Shown here piece after piece: positions 1-7,150 of a DNA stretch of 64,000 bases. Both the position numbers and the translations under genes were made by a program. The DNA is from Thermoanaerobaculia bacterium (GTDB lineage: Bacteria; Acidobacteriota; Thermoanaerobaculia; Gp7-AA8), in NCBI GenBank assembly GCA_035629865.1, contig DASPHC010000082.1:12158-76157 (forward strand), in the 5' to 3' direction. A model generated the notes under the pieces. The model ran no database searches. It saw nothing but the letters and a program-made list of their open reading frames with translations, and was not told the origin of the DNA. The first letter of the stretch is position 1, and each line of letters starts with the position of its first letter.

Positions 1-498
1 CCAGGCCACGCCGTAGCTGCCGGCGATGCCGACCAGCGAGGCGATAAGGATGATGACCACGCGGGCCGCGTCGAAGTGACGCAGGAACCCGAAGTAGACC
101 ACCATGATGGCCCCGATGAAGAGCTCCAGCAGGAGGATGAACTTTCCCTGCGTGACCAGGTAGGTCTTGCAGGTCTCGTAGATCAGCTCCGAGATCTCGC
201 GCATGGAGCTGTGGACGGGCAGGTTCTTGAGCTGCGTGTACATCATCAGGCCGAACAGCAGGCCGAAGACGCACACGATCAAACCGCCCAGGAGCAGGCG
301 ATCCCCGCCCATTCCGAGGAACTGCACACTGCCGAGATCCGGCAGAACGAGATCGGCCTCCGAACGATGCTCGGTGGTTGCGACCGCGGGGTCGGACGAC
401 GTTAGTGGTGCCTGTTCCTCCTGCGCCGCGGCAATCCCGACGAACGAGAGAGTGCCGATCAGCGCCGCGAGCAGGACGCGCATGTACCAGGACTTCAT
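1..498 (-). CDS. hppA: Membrane H+/Na+-translocating pyrophosphatase, N-terminal 166 codons (gene continues past left edge)
   Basis: The reverse complement of 1-498 is fully open and starts at ATG (496-498) with GGAGGA just upstream. It reads MKSWYMRVLLAALIG...NLPVHSSMREISELIYETCKTYLVTQGKFILLLELFIGAIMVVYFG...SLVGIAGSYGVAW, like M-PPase N-termini (M-x-E-I...E-x4-YL-x2-Q, then TM helices). It is not in the ORF track because it has no stop in the window. ORF 76..405 + is its antisense shadow. Confidence 0.65.
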   Translation of the reverse strand, partial: MKSWYMRVLLAALIGTLSFVGIAAAQEEQAPLTSSDPAVATTEHRSEADLVLPDLGSVQFLGMGGDRLLLGGLIVCVFGLLFGLMMYTQLKNLPVHSSMREISELIYETCKTYLVTQGKFILLLELFIGAIMVVYFGFLRHFDAARVVIILIASLVGIAGSYGVAW

Positions 499-574
499 GA
501 TTCCTCCGTGTTGGATGAAATGACCCAGTGGGGTTCGGGTCACTAAAGGCGCGCGGATTGTAGCAAAACGGTCA

Positions 575-673
575 AGAAGAGGGCAGAAGGCAGAGGGCAG
601 AGGGCAGAAGGCAGAAGTGGCGGACGCCACGGTCCTCCTTCTGCCCTCTGCCCTCTGCCCTCTGCCTTCTGCC
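575..673. repeat. Long inverted repeat; each arm is about 5 tandem heptamers GGCAGAR (or complement)
   Basis: 575-617 aagaagagggcagaaggcagagggcagagggcagaaggcagaag pairs with 637-673 ccttctgccctctgccctctgccctctgccttctgcc. The loop contains a mini-hairpin, gtggcg-ga-cgccac. The right arm ends 1 nt before the minus-strand TAA (674-676) of the GAF gene. Confidence 0.9.
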
Positions 674-2050
674 TTATCTCTCGACCAGTTCCAGGTCGGC
701 GCCGATCTCGAGCTGGAACTTGCCTCGGCCGGTCGAGGCGATCCGGATGTCGGCGCACTTTTCCCGGAGGCGGTGGCGCAGGAGGATCAGGCGGCTCTCG
801 AGGTTGTCCTTGATCTCCGGGAGGCCGAGGCTCTTGTCGAGGCGGAGCTCGCGGTTGGTGAAGGTGGTGCGGCCCTGGCGTTTCCACTCGTCGAGCAGCT
901 TCCAGAGGATGCGGCCGGGAACATTGCGGATCAGGTATTCGTTGTCGAGAAAGACGGCGTCGTCTTCCCTGTAATAGATCAGTGTCCGGCGGGGACGCTT
1001 CGGGGCGACGGCGGCCGGCGGCCGCGCGGCGGGCCTGGCCTCGGCGGCTACGACCGGCTCGTCGGCTTCCAGGACGCGGTCGATGCCGAGGGCGATCTGG
1101 TTGCCGATGATGTCGAGATAGGCCTGGTCCCATTCGCCGAAGGCCATCGGGTCGCGGCTCTCGGCGGCCAGGACGCCGATCAGGCGGTCCTCCACGGAGA
1201 GCGGAATCACGATCGCGCTCTGGGCGTCGGGGAGGCCGGGGAGCGGGATCTCGGGACGTGCCCCTTTGCCGCCGCCGGAGAGGACGGAGCGGCGGACGGC
1301 GCGTCCGTATCGGAGGCTCTCGTCGAGACCGGTGATGCGCAGCACGCGGCGCTCGCGCGCGACGGTACCGATCAGCCCATCGCCCATCGCCACCTCCGCG
1401 CCGACCCCGCCGCCGTAGCCGTGGCAGGCGGTGGTGACGAGGCGCCCGGCCTGCTCGTCCGTCTCTTTTTCATGCAGCAGGACGATGGTGTGCTCGAAGC
1501 CGAAGTAGACGGCGAGGGCGTCGAGGGTCGCGGCGAGCAGCGTCTCCAGGTCGTCGGCCCGGTTGATCCGCTCGGAAACGAGCTGCAATCCGCGCAACTC
1601 CGTCCGGAGGCCACCGACCGAGACTTCCTCGTGGACCGGGGCCTCGGTCTGGGTGAGGAAGCCTTCGACCTTCTGGGCGCTGACGACTTCGAAGACGTCG
1701 GCCGCAATCAGACGGAACACGCCTTCCATCCCGGTGTGGGAGGCGATGGCCTGGATGCGCATGGCCATGCTGTCGAAGAGCGGCCCTTTCGCTTCCGAGC
1801 GGAGGAAGCGCAACCGGAGCCGGTAGGCCTGCATGGTCAGCGGATCCCACACCTCGACCGCCGCGTTCGGGTTCTCGTCGAGGTTCCGGCGGGTCTTGTT
1901 GAAGAACTGGCAGGAGAGAGCGACGTGGTTGTCGTCGACCAGGTAGACGTGGCTGACGTAGGTGATGTTCGGCATCCCCCCGGCGTCGGCGGTGGCGGCG
2001 ATGCTCGGGACGACGCCCTGGAAGCAGCGGGCGATCTCGGAGAGCTTCAT
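674..2050 (-). CDS. Regulator-like protein: PNPOx-like split barrel + GAF-like domain + OmpR/PhoB-type winged helix
   Basis: 458-aa ORF. N-term NITYVSHVYLVDDNHVALSCQFFNKTRRNLDENPNAAVEVWD fits the PNPOx-family pattern. The middle, FGFEHTIVLL...GLIGTVARERRVLRI...IGVLAAES, is GAF-like. C-term VFLDNEYLIRNVPGRILWKLL...RLILLRHRLREK...GRGKFQLE is winged-helix-like. ATGA overlap (2047-2050) with the upstream gene. Confidence 0.8.
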   Translation of the reverse strand: MKLSEIARCFQGVVPSIAATADAGGMPNITYVSHVYLVDDNHVALSCQFFNKTRRNLDENPNAAVEVWDPLTMQAYRLRLRFLRSEAKGPLFDSMAMRIQAIASHTGMEGVFRLIAADVFEVVSAQKVEGFLTQTEAPVHEEVSVGGLRTELRGLQLVSERINRADDLETLLAATLDALAVYFGFEHTIVLLHEKETDEQAGRLVTTACHGYGGGVGAEVAMGDGLIGTVARERRVLRITGLDESLRYGRAVRRSVLSGGGKGARPEIPLPGLPDAQSAIVIPLSVEDRLIGVLAAESRDPMAFGEWDQAYLDIIGNQIALGIDRVLEADEPVVAAEARPAARPPAAVAPKRPRRTLIYYREDDAVFLDNEYLIRNVPGRILWKLLDEWKRQGRTTFTNRELRLDKSLGLPEIKDNLESRLILLRHRLREKCADIRIASTGRGKFQLEIGADLELVER

Positions 2051-2505
2051 GAAAGCGGCTCTCCCGCCTTCGGGCCGGGGGTCTGGTCGAATACCGCCTC
2101 GACCGAGATGTCGATGGCGAAGGCCGGCCAGTGGGCGATCCGGCGCGTGATGTGGCGGGGCAGGCCGATGGTGTCGAGCACCTCGGCGAACTGTTCGAGC
2201 CGCTCCCGGACGAACCCCTCGTCGGCGGCGGGGGCGAGGCGCACCCCGCGGGTCAGGCCTTTGATCTGGATGGTCTCGTGCGAGAGGGGATGGGAGCAGG
2301 TGACCGCCAGCCGGTGTGTCGTGGCGACGTTGGCGACCGTCTCCTGCGCCGTGGCCGCGGGGAGGAAGACGGTGACGGTGTCGAAGTCGTCTTTGGTCCG
2401 GATGGCGATGCCGCGGCAGCAGGTGGGGATCCCGTCCGCGTCGACGCTGCCGACCACGACGGATACCCCACCGACCGCATAGTTCTGGAGCTTTCCCCGG
2501 GACAT
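2047..2505 (-). CDS. Small PNPOx-like (split-barrel flavin-binding family) protein
   Basis: ORF 2047..2592. I prefer the internal ATG at 2505 (MSRGKLQNYAVGGVSVVVGSVDADGIP...) because the first 29 codons run through the GTTGTCG hairpin repeat. Translationally coupled to the GAF gene. Confidence 0.6.
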   Translation of the reverse strand: MSRGKLQNYAVGGVSVVVGSVDADGIPTCCRGIAIRTKDDFDTVTVFLPAATAQETVANVATTHRLAVTCSHPLSHETIQIKGLTRGVRLAPAADEGFVRERLEQFAEVLDTIGLPRHITRRIAHWPAFAIDISVEAVFDQTPGPKAGEPLS

Positions 2506-2539
2506 GTCTCGGGGGGATTTTAGGATCTTTTTAGGAAAA

Positions 2540-2601
2540 CCGTTGTCGGTTTCAGTTGTGCGCTGCCGATTCGGACAACTGACAACCGACAACGGACAAC
2601 C
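2540..2601. repeat. Hairpin with GTTGTCG-type heptamer arms
   Basis: 2540-2562 ccgttgtcggtttcagttgtgcg versus 2572-2595 cggacaactgacaaccgacaacgg, with loop ctgccgatt. Confidence 0.85.
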
Positions 2602-2621
2602 TTCCGGCGAGATCCGTTGGA

Positions 2622-3818
2622 CTAAAGCGAAAGTTTCAACATCACCGGCTCTTCCAGCTTCTCGTCGAGCCAGATGGTGTGGTCTTCGTTGAACGACCGC
2701 AGGCCGGGGTTGGCGATGAAGTAGTAGTCGTTGCCGGCGACGGTGCCGGTGGTGGGGATCTCGAAGAGGGCGTTCTTCGACTCGAGGATCTCGACCTGGC
2801 CGCTCTCCGGGCGGACGCGGATGACGCGCGCCTTGCCGATGGCGTTCTGGATGCCGATCAGGGAGCCGTTGTGGACGGAAAGGCCGTCGATGCCGTTGAG
2901 GAGGGACTTCGACTCGATCCGTGTCCGGGCTTTCGTCGCCAGGTCGAAGCGGTGGATGCCGCGGAAGTCGGCGACGTAGAGGGTGCGCTCGTCCTCGGAG
3001 ACGGCAATGCCGTTGGGGTATTGGAGCTCGCTCGCCCAGATCTCGAGGGTATCGGCGCCCGGGGCGAGCCGGACGACGTTGCTCCGGCCCATGTCGGTGG
3101 CGAAGAGGGAACCGTCGGCCAGGAGGGTCAGATCGTTGAGCCGGCCGGGCGTGGCGACGACCTTCTTCACCAGCCGGCCGTCGCGGAGGTCGTACGCGGC
3201 GAGCATCGAGGCGTGCTCCGCGCCGGGGGTGAAGCCGCGCATCTCCTCGGTGGTGCTGCTGATGACCCAGAGAAGGCGGCGCTTCGTGTCGACTTTCACG
3301 CCGAGGCCACCGTACATGCCGTCCTGCCCCTCGGACACGAAGTCCCTGGCGCGGCCGTCGCGCGTGACCCGCAGCACTTTGCGGCGGTAGATCCCGCTGA
3401 CGTAGAAGACGTCGTCGACCGGGTCGTACGCGATCCCCTCCGGGACGAGGTCACGGTAGCCGGCGAGGGTGAACGCCGGGCGGGCTTTGTCGACCCGCGG
3501 CTCGCGCTTTTCCAGCCGGGACACGATGTCGCGAAACGCGCGGGTATTGGTGTTGCGGAAGTCGATCGGACTGACGCCGTGCTCCCACCCCAGCTCGTCG
3601 AGCCGCTCGAGCCACTTCACCACGCTCGCGTGGTCGTGGGCGCGGTCGTGGTAGGACGCCAGGAGGTAGATCCACGGGGTGTGGGTGGGCTGCTGCGCGA
3701 TGGCGTCGGTGAGGCCTTTGATCGCGTTTTGCGTCGCTTCATCGACGGTGGCCGGCGGCGGCGGAACGCTCTGGCAGGCGAGGACGACGAGGAGCGCGAA
3801 CAGACCGAGGCGTTTCAT
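2622..3818 (-). CDS. Secreted lipoprotein with a probable six-bladed beta-propeller (SMP-30/gluconolactonase/strictosidine-synthase-like)
   Basis: 398-aa ORF. Lipobox-like signal MKRLGLFALLVVLAC. Repeated blade-like segments (PEGIAYDP..VFYVS, LWVISS, LNDLTLLADGSLFATD, YPNGIAVSEDERTLYVAD, GIDGLSV). The family call is tentative. Confidence 0.6.
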   Translation of the reverse strand: MKRLGLFALLVVLACQSVPPPPATVDEATQNAIKGLTDAIAQQPTHTPWIYLLASYHDRAHDHASVVKWLERLDELGWEHGVSPIDFRNTNTRAFRDIVSRLEKREPRVDKARPAFTLAGYRDLVPEGIAYDPVDDVFYVSGIYRRKVLRVTRDGRARDFVSEGQDGMYGGLGVKVDTKRRLLWVISSTTEEMRGFTPGAEHASMLAAYDLRDGRLVKKVVATPGRLNDLTLLADGSLFATDMGRSNVVRLAPGADTLEIWASELQYPNGIAVSEDERTLYVADFRGIHRFDLATKARTRIESKSLLNGIDGLSVHNGSLIGIQNAIGKARVIRVRPESGQVEILESKNALFEIPTTGTVAGNDYYFIANPGLRSFNEDHTIWLDEKLEEPVMLKLSL

Positions 3819-3882
3819 GGTGTCCGGGAGGGTAAATGCTCCCGCGGCCGGACGGGGATCTCGTCATCGAATCGTTGCAGCC

Positions 3883-3947
3883 ATGGGACCTATAGGACAA
3901 ATGGGGTGGGCGGGGCCTCATAGGTCCCATAGGTCCATTCGTCCCAT
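3883..3947. repeat. Inverted repeat built from 9-mers ATGGGACNN / ATAGGACNN
   Basis: 3883-3909 atgggacct ataggacaa atggggtgg; centre gcggggcct; 3919-3947 cataggtcc cataggtcc attcgtccc at (the complement orientation of the same unit). Confidence 0.8.
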
Positions 3948-3963
3948 CGCCCGAAGGCAACTG

Positions 3964-3987
3964 CAGGGCCGCCTTGCGGCGGCCCTG
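3964..3987 (-). terminator. GC-rich hairpin just downstream of the ompA-like gene stop (no clear U-tract)
   Basis: cagggccgcc-ttgc-ggcggccctg, a 10-bp perfect stem 7 nt after the minus-strand stop at 3994-3996. Confidence 0.45.
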
Positions 3988-3993
3988 GATGCC

Positions 3994-4677
3994 TTACTGC
4001 GCCGAGGCCTGTTGCGGGGCCTGGATGTGGATCTCGACGCGGCGGTTGGCCTGACGGCCTTCCGCGGTGTCGTTCGAGGACTTCGGACGGGCTTCGCCGA
4101 AGCCGTAGACGGTGACGCTGCCGGCGGTGACGCCCTGGTCGATCAGGTAGTCGGCGACCGCGGAGGCGCGTTGCTCGGAGAGGCGCTGGTTGTGCGAATC
4201 CGTGCCGGTTGAGTCGGTGTGCCCTTCGACGATGAGACGGTTGTCGGGGTACTGGCGGAAGTTCCCGGCGAGCTCGTTGAGCGTCGTGCGGGACGTGCCG
4301 CGCAGCGCGGACGAGTTGACGTCGAAGAGGATGTCGTTGGTGAGGCGGACCGAGATCTCCCCTTCCGACGGACGGGTGACTTCGACCCCTTCGATCTGAC
4401 GGAGCTCCTGTTCCTGCTTGTCCATGCGCCGGCCGGCGGCGGCGCCGATGGCCGCGCCCGTCGCGGCGCCGATGACCGCGCCCGTACGGTTGCTGCCCGA
4501 CTGGTTGCCGATGACGGCGCCGGCGACGCCGCCGATCACGGCACCGATGACGGCACCGCGCTTGGTCTTCTTGTTCGGGTCATCCGACGAGCCGGAGCCT
4601 GAATCGGTGGTGGCGCAGGCAAAGGTGAATGCTGCGATGAGTACGAGGATCAGAGTCTTGCGAAACATGCTGTTCAA
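3994..4677 (-). CDS. OmpA-family lipoprotein with glycine-zipper region
   Basis: 227 aa. Signal plus Cys (LIAAFTFAC). Gly-zipper GAVIGAVIGGVAGAVIGN...GAVIGAATGAAIGAAAG. OmpA C-terminal signature GHTDSTGTDSHNQRLSEQRASAVADYL...ANRRVEI. Confidence 0.9.
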   Translation of the reverse strand: MNSMFRKTLILVLIAAFTFACATTDSGSGSSDDPNKKTKRGAVIGAVIGGVAGAVIGNQSGSNRTGAVIGAATGAAIGAAAGRRMDKQEQELRQIEGVEVTRPSEGEISVRLTNDILFDVNSSALRGTSRTTLNELAGNFRQYPDNRLIVEGHTDSTGTDSHNQRLSEQRASAVADYLIDQGVTAGSVTVYGFGEARPKSSNDTAEGRQANRRVEIHIQAPQQASAQ

Positions 4678-4699
4678 AACAACCTCCTAAGGTCACTGA

Positions 4700-4731
4700 A
4701 ACGAAAAACGACGCTCGTCTCCGAGCGTCGT
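4700..4731 (-). terminator. Rho-independent terminator of the second ompA-like gene
   Basis: The minus strand reads acgacgctcg-gaga-cgagcgtcgt followed by tttttcgtttc. Stem at 4708-4717/4722-4731, T-tract at 4700-4708. Confidence 0.8.
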
Positions 4732-4837
4732 AGATTCAACATTGGTACCGACCGGCACGGCCGGCTGCGCTGGTTGCCCAAGGCTGGGGCACGAGTGGCG
4801 CCAGTCCGTAGGCTCTGAGCTGGGAATCCATGATCAT

Positions 4838-5485
4838 TTACGCGTTCGCCCGGACGTAGATCTCGACCCGGCGGTTGCGCTGGCGGCCGCTGGAGGTGTC
4901 GTTCCCCGACTTGGGGCGGGACTCGCCGTAGCCGACCGCGTCGATACGCGAGCTGCTGACACCGTTTGCGTCCAGGTAGTTGGCTACCGAGCTGGCCCGG
5001 CGATTCGACAGGCGCTGGTTGTACGAGGAGGTACCGACCGAGTCCGTGTGGCCGGCGACCACGATGGTGGTGTCGCCGTAGCGGTCAAACACGTCTGCCA
5101 TCTCGCGCAGCTCGTCGCGGGAGCTGGAGCGGAGGGAAGCCGAGTTGAAGTCGAACAGGATCTCGTTCCGCATGGTGACCTTGAGCTCGTCTTCATCCGT
5201 ACGGGTGACGTCGATGCCTTCGATCTGGCGGAGCTCACGCTCCTGTTTGTCCATCATGTGGCCGACGATCGCGCCGGTGGCTGCACCGACGGCACCGCCG
5301 ATGACCGCGCCGCGCTTGGCGTTCCCCGAGCCGCGGTTGTTGTGGATGATGGCTCCGGCGATCGCACCGGCCACGCCGCCGATGACGGCGCCTTTCTTGG
5401 TCTTGTCGCGGGTGGTTGCCACATCCGCGGCGAACGCGGTGGTCGCCATGAGGGCGATGAGCAGGCTGGCGATGAACTGTTTCAT
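4838..5485 (-). CDS. OmpA-family protein with glycine-zipper region (paralogue of 3994-4677)
   Basis: 215 aa. Signal peptide MKQFIASLLIALMATTAFA. GAVIGGVAGAIAGAII...GAVIGGAVGAATGAIVG. GHTDSVGTSSYNQRLSNRRASSVANYL...RNRRVEI. AAGGAG RBS upstream. Confidence 0.9.
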   Translation of the reverse strand: MKQFIASLLIALMATTAFAADVATTRDKTKKGAVIGGVAGAIAGAIIHNNRGSGNAKRGAVIGGAVGAATGAIVGHMMDKQERELRQIEGIDVTRTDEDELKVTMRNEILFDFNSASLRSSSRDELREMADVFDRYGDTTIVVAGHTDSVGTSSYNQRLSNRRASSVANYLDANGVSSSRIDAVGYGESRPKSGNDTSSGRQRNRRVEIYVRANA

Positions 5486-5519
5486 TGGCTGTCTCCTTGT
5501 GTTGTCCTGGTCTCCACTA

Positions 5520-5536
5520 TCGCAACCGGGCTGCCA
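5520..5536 (-). promoter_or_regulatory. Sigma-54-type -24/-12 promoter-like element upstream of ompA-like gene 4838-5485
   Basis: The minus strand reads TGGCAG-cccgg-TTGCGA (consensus TGGCAC-N5-TTGCW), about 35 nt upstream of the ATG at 5485. Confidence 0.4.
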
Positions 5537-5585
5537 CGTCGCGAATAACTATGGAGGAAAAGCGGCGCCGACAGTTCGTAGCCGG

Positions 5586-6713
5586 GTGTACCATCCTTCC
5601 GTGCCGGCCGACCGAACTCTGCGGGATGAACTTCGTAACCTATTGCAATACGGAGACTTGAGCTTCCGCGACTTCGTCGAGCTGGCCCTCTACCATCCCC
5701 AGTTCGGGTACTACAGCCGAGCTGCAAATCCGGTCGGAAAGGTGGCGGATTACATCACCGGACCCTCGCTCAGCCCGGCATTTCCCTTCGCCATCGCCGA
5801 GCTCTTCGGCGAGTTTGTGCGCCGCTGCGAGGGCGAGGTGTACACGTTTGTGGACATCGGCTGCGGGGATGGCGGGCTGGTGCGGGAGGTTGCCGCACAG
5901 ATCCAGGATGAAAATGCGCGGTTCTTCGGCGTCGACCGCGCCCTCGACCGCGCCCTTCGCCAGAGCAATGATGAAGGCATCTCCTTCGTGCGCACCCTCG
6001 ACGAGGTTCCCCGCGACGGCGCCCACTTCCTCTTCTCCAACGAGCTCTACGACGCCCTTCCCTTTGCCCGCCTCGTCCAGCGGGGGGAGCATCTGCACGA
6101 GCTTTGGGTGACCGAGCGCGACGGAACGCTCGACTGGAGCGAGCATGAAGCCCCTCCGGTGTACGACGACTACTTCGCCGAGCGGGGGATTGTGCTGGCC
6201 GAGGGGCAGTTCGCCGATCTGTCGCTGGAGTGGGAGGCGTACCACGAAGACGTCCTCCGCTTCTTCGACCGCGCCCTCGCCGTCACCATCGATTATGGAT
6301 ATCCCCAGGAGAAGCTCTTCCACTCCCGGGCGCGGCGCTTCGGAACGGCGGCCGCGTATTCGCGGCAGCGGGTCCATCGCGATCTCCTGGCCGACCCGGG
6401 GGAGCAGGACCTGACCGCCCACGTCAACTTCACCGATCTGGAGCGGGCGGGGAGCCGCCAGGGGGCGAAGACGCTCTTCTTCGACGTCCTCGCCAAGTTC
6501 CTTCTCTCCGTCGGAATCACCCGGCATGAGCTCTTTCGGCCGGTGCACGAGGTGGGGATCGAGACGGCGGACGAAGGGCTGCAACTCATTCAGGCGCGGG
6601 AGGATGCACGCAGGCTGGTGCTTCCCGACGGGCTCGGGGTGGAGCAGCGGGTGCTGGTGCAGGGGAAGAACGTTCCGCGGGACGGCTGGTCGTTCCGGCA
6701 GGAGCTTTTCTAA
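5586..6713 (+). CDS. MidA/NDUFAF7-family class I SAM-dependent methyltransferase (DUF185)
   Basis: The ORF is open from 5145, but its first ~147 codons are antisense to the ompA-like gene. The likely start is GTG 5586 or GTG 5601. FRDFVELALYHPQFGYYS...DYITGPSLSPAF...FVDIGCGDGGL...SNELYDALPF...TIDYGY...DLTAHVNFT are typical of the MidA family. Confidence 0.8.
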   Translation: MYHPSVPADRTLRDELRNLLQYGDLSFRDFVELALYHPQFGYYSRAANPVGKVADYITGPSLSPAFPFAIAELFGEFVRRCEGEVYTFVDIGCGDGGLVREVAAQIQDENARFFGVDRALDRALRQSNDEGISFVRTLDEVPRDGAHFLFSNELYDALPFARLVQRGEHLHELWVTERDGTLDWSEHEAPPVYDDYFAERGIVLAEGQFADLSLEWEAYHEDVLRFFDRALAVTIDYGYPQEKLFHSRARRFGTAAAYSRQRVHRDLLADPGEQDLTAHVNFTDLERAGSRQGAKTLFFDVLAKFLLSVGITRHELFRPVHEVGIETADEGLQLIQAREDARRLVLPDGLGVEQRVLVQGKNVPRDGWSFRQELF

Positions 6714-6730
6714 CCGTTCGTTTTTGTCCG

Positions 6731-6758
6731 TTGACTCTGACTTGGGGCAGTCTACAAT
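6731..6758 (+). promoter_or_regulatory. Sigma-70-like promoter of the nuo operon
   Basis: TTGACT (6731-6736) - 16 nt - TACAAT (6753-6758), 33 nt before the nuoA ATG. Confidence 0.6.
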
Positions 6759-6790
6759 TGCGCCGGTTCTTCAACCTCAGCGAGCAAAAG

Positions 6791-7150
6791 ATGGCAAATT
6801 ACTCGGTGCTTCTGGTAGCCGCGCTCATCGTGCTGTCAGTACCAGTTTTGACACTTTTTATCCTTGCGCCGCTGATCCGCGCATCGCGGCCGGGCAAGGT
6901 GAAGCTCGAGCCTTATGAATGCGGGATCGCGGCAACCTCGCTGGCTTTCGATCACCGCTTCTCGGTCCGCTACTTCCTGATCGCGGTCCTCTTCATCATC
7001 TTCGACGTGGAGACGGTGTTCCTCTTCCCCTGGGCGATCCGCTTCAAGCAGCTCGGCCTGTTCGGAGCTGTCGAGATGGCAATCTTCCTCGCGATCCTGC
7101 TGGTCGGTTACTTCTATGCCTGGAAGAGGAAGGTTCTTACATGGGTCTGA
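6791..7150 (+). CDS. nuoA: NADH-quinone oxidoreductase subunit A
   Basis: Internal ATG 6791 of ORF 6731..7150. 119 aa, 3 TM. PYECG and [14 protein letters not shown] motifs. Confidence 0.95.
   Translation: MANYSVLLVAALIVLSVPVLTLFILAPLIRASRPGKVKLEPYECGIAATSLAFDHRFSVRYFLIAVLFIIFDVETVFLFPWAIRFKQLGLFGAVEMAIFLAILLVGYFYAWKRKVLTWV

Noticed and set aside
617-2482. 621-aa plus-strand ORF
   Set aside because: It is antisense to the GAF and PNPOx-like genes, begins inside the GGCAGAR hairpin, and has Ala/Gly/Arg/Asp-rich composition with no motifs. This is a typical GC-rich shadow ORF.
5145-5585. N-terminal 147 codons of the 522-aa ORF containing the MidA-like gene
   Set aside because: This part is antisense to the ompA-like gene 4838-5485 and reads as Ala/Pro/Ser low complexity. 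Family homology begins near 5600.
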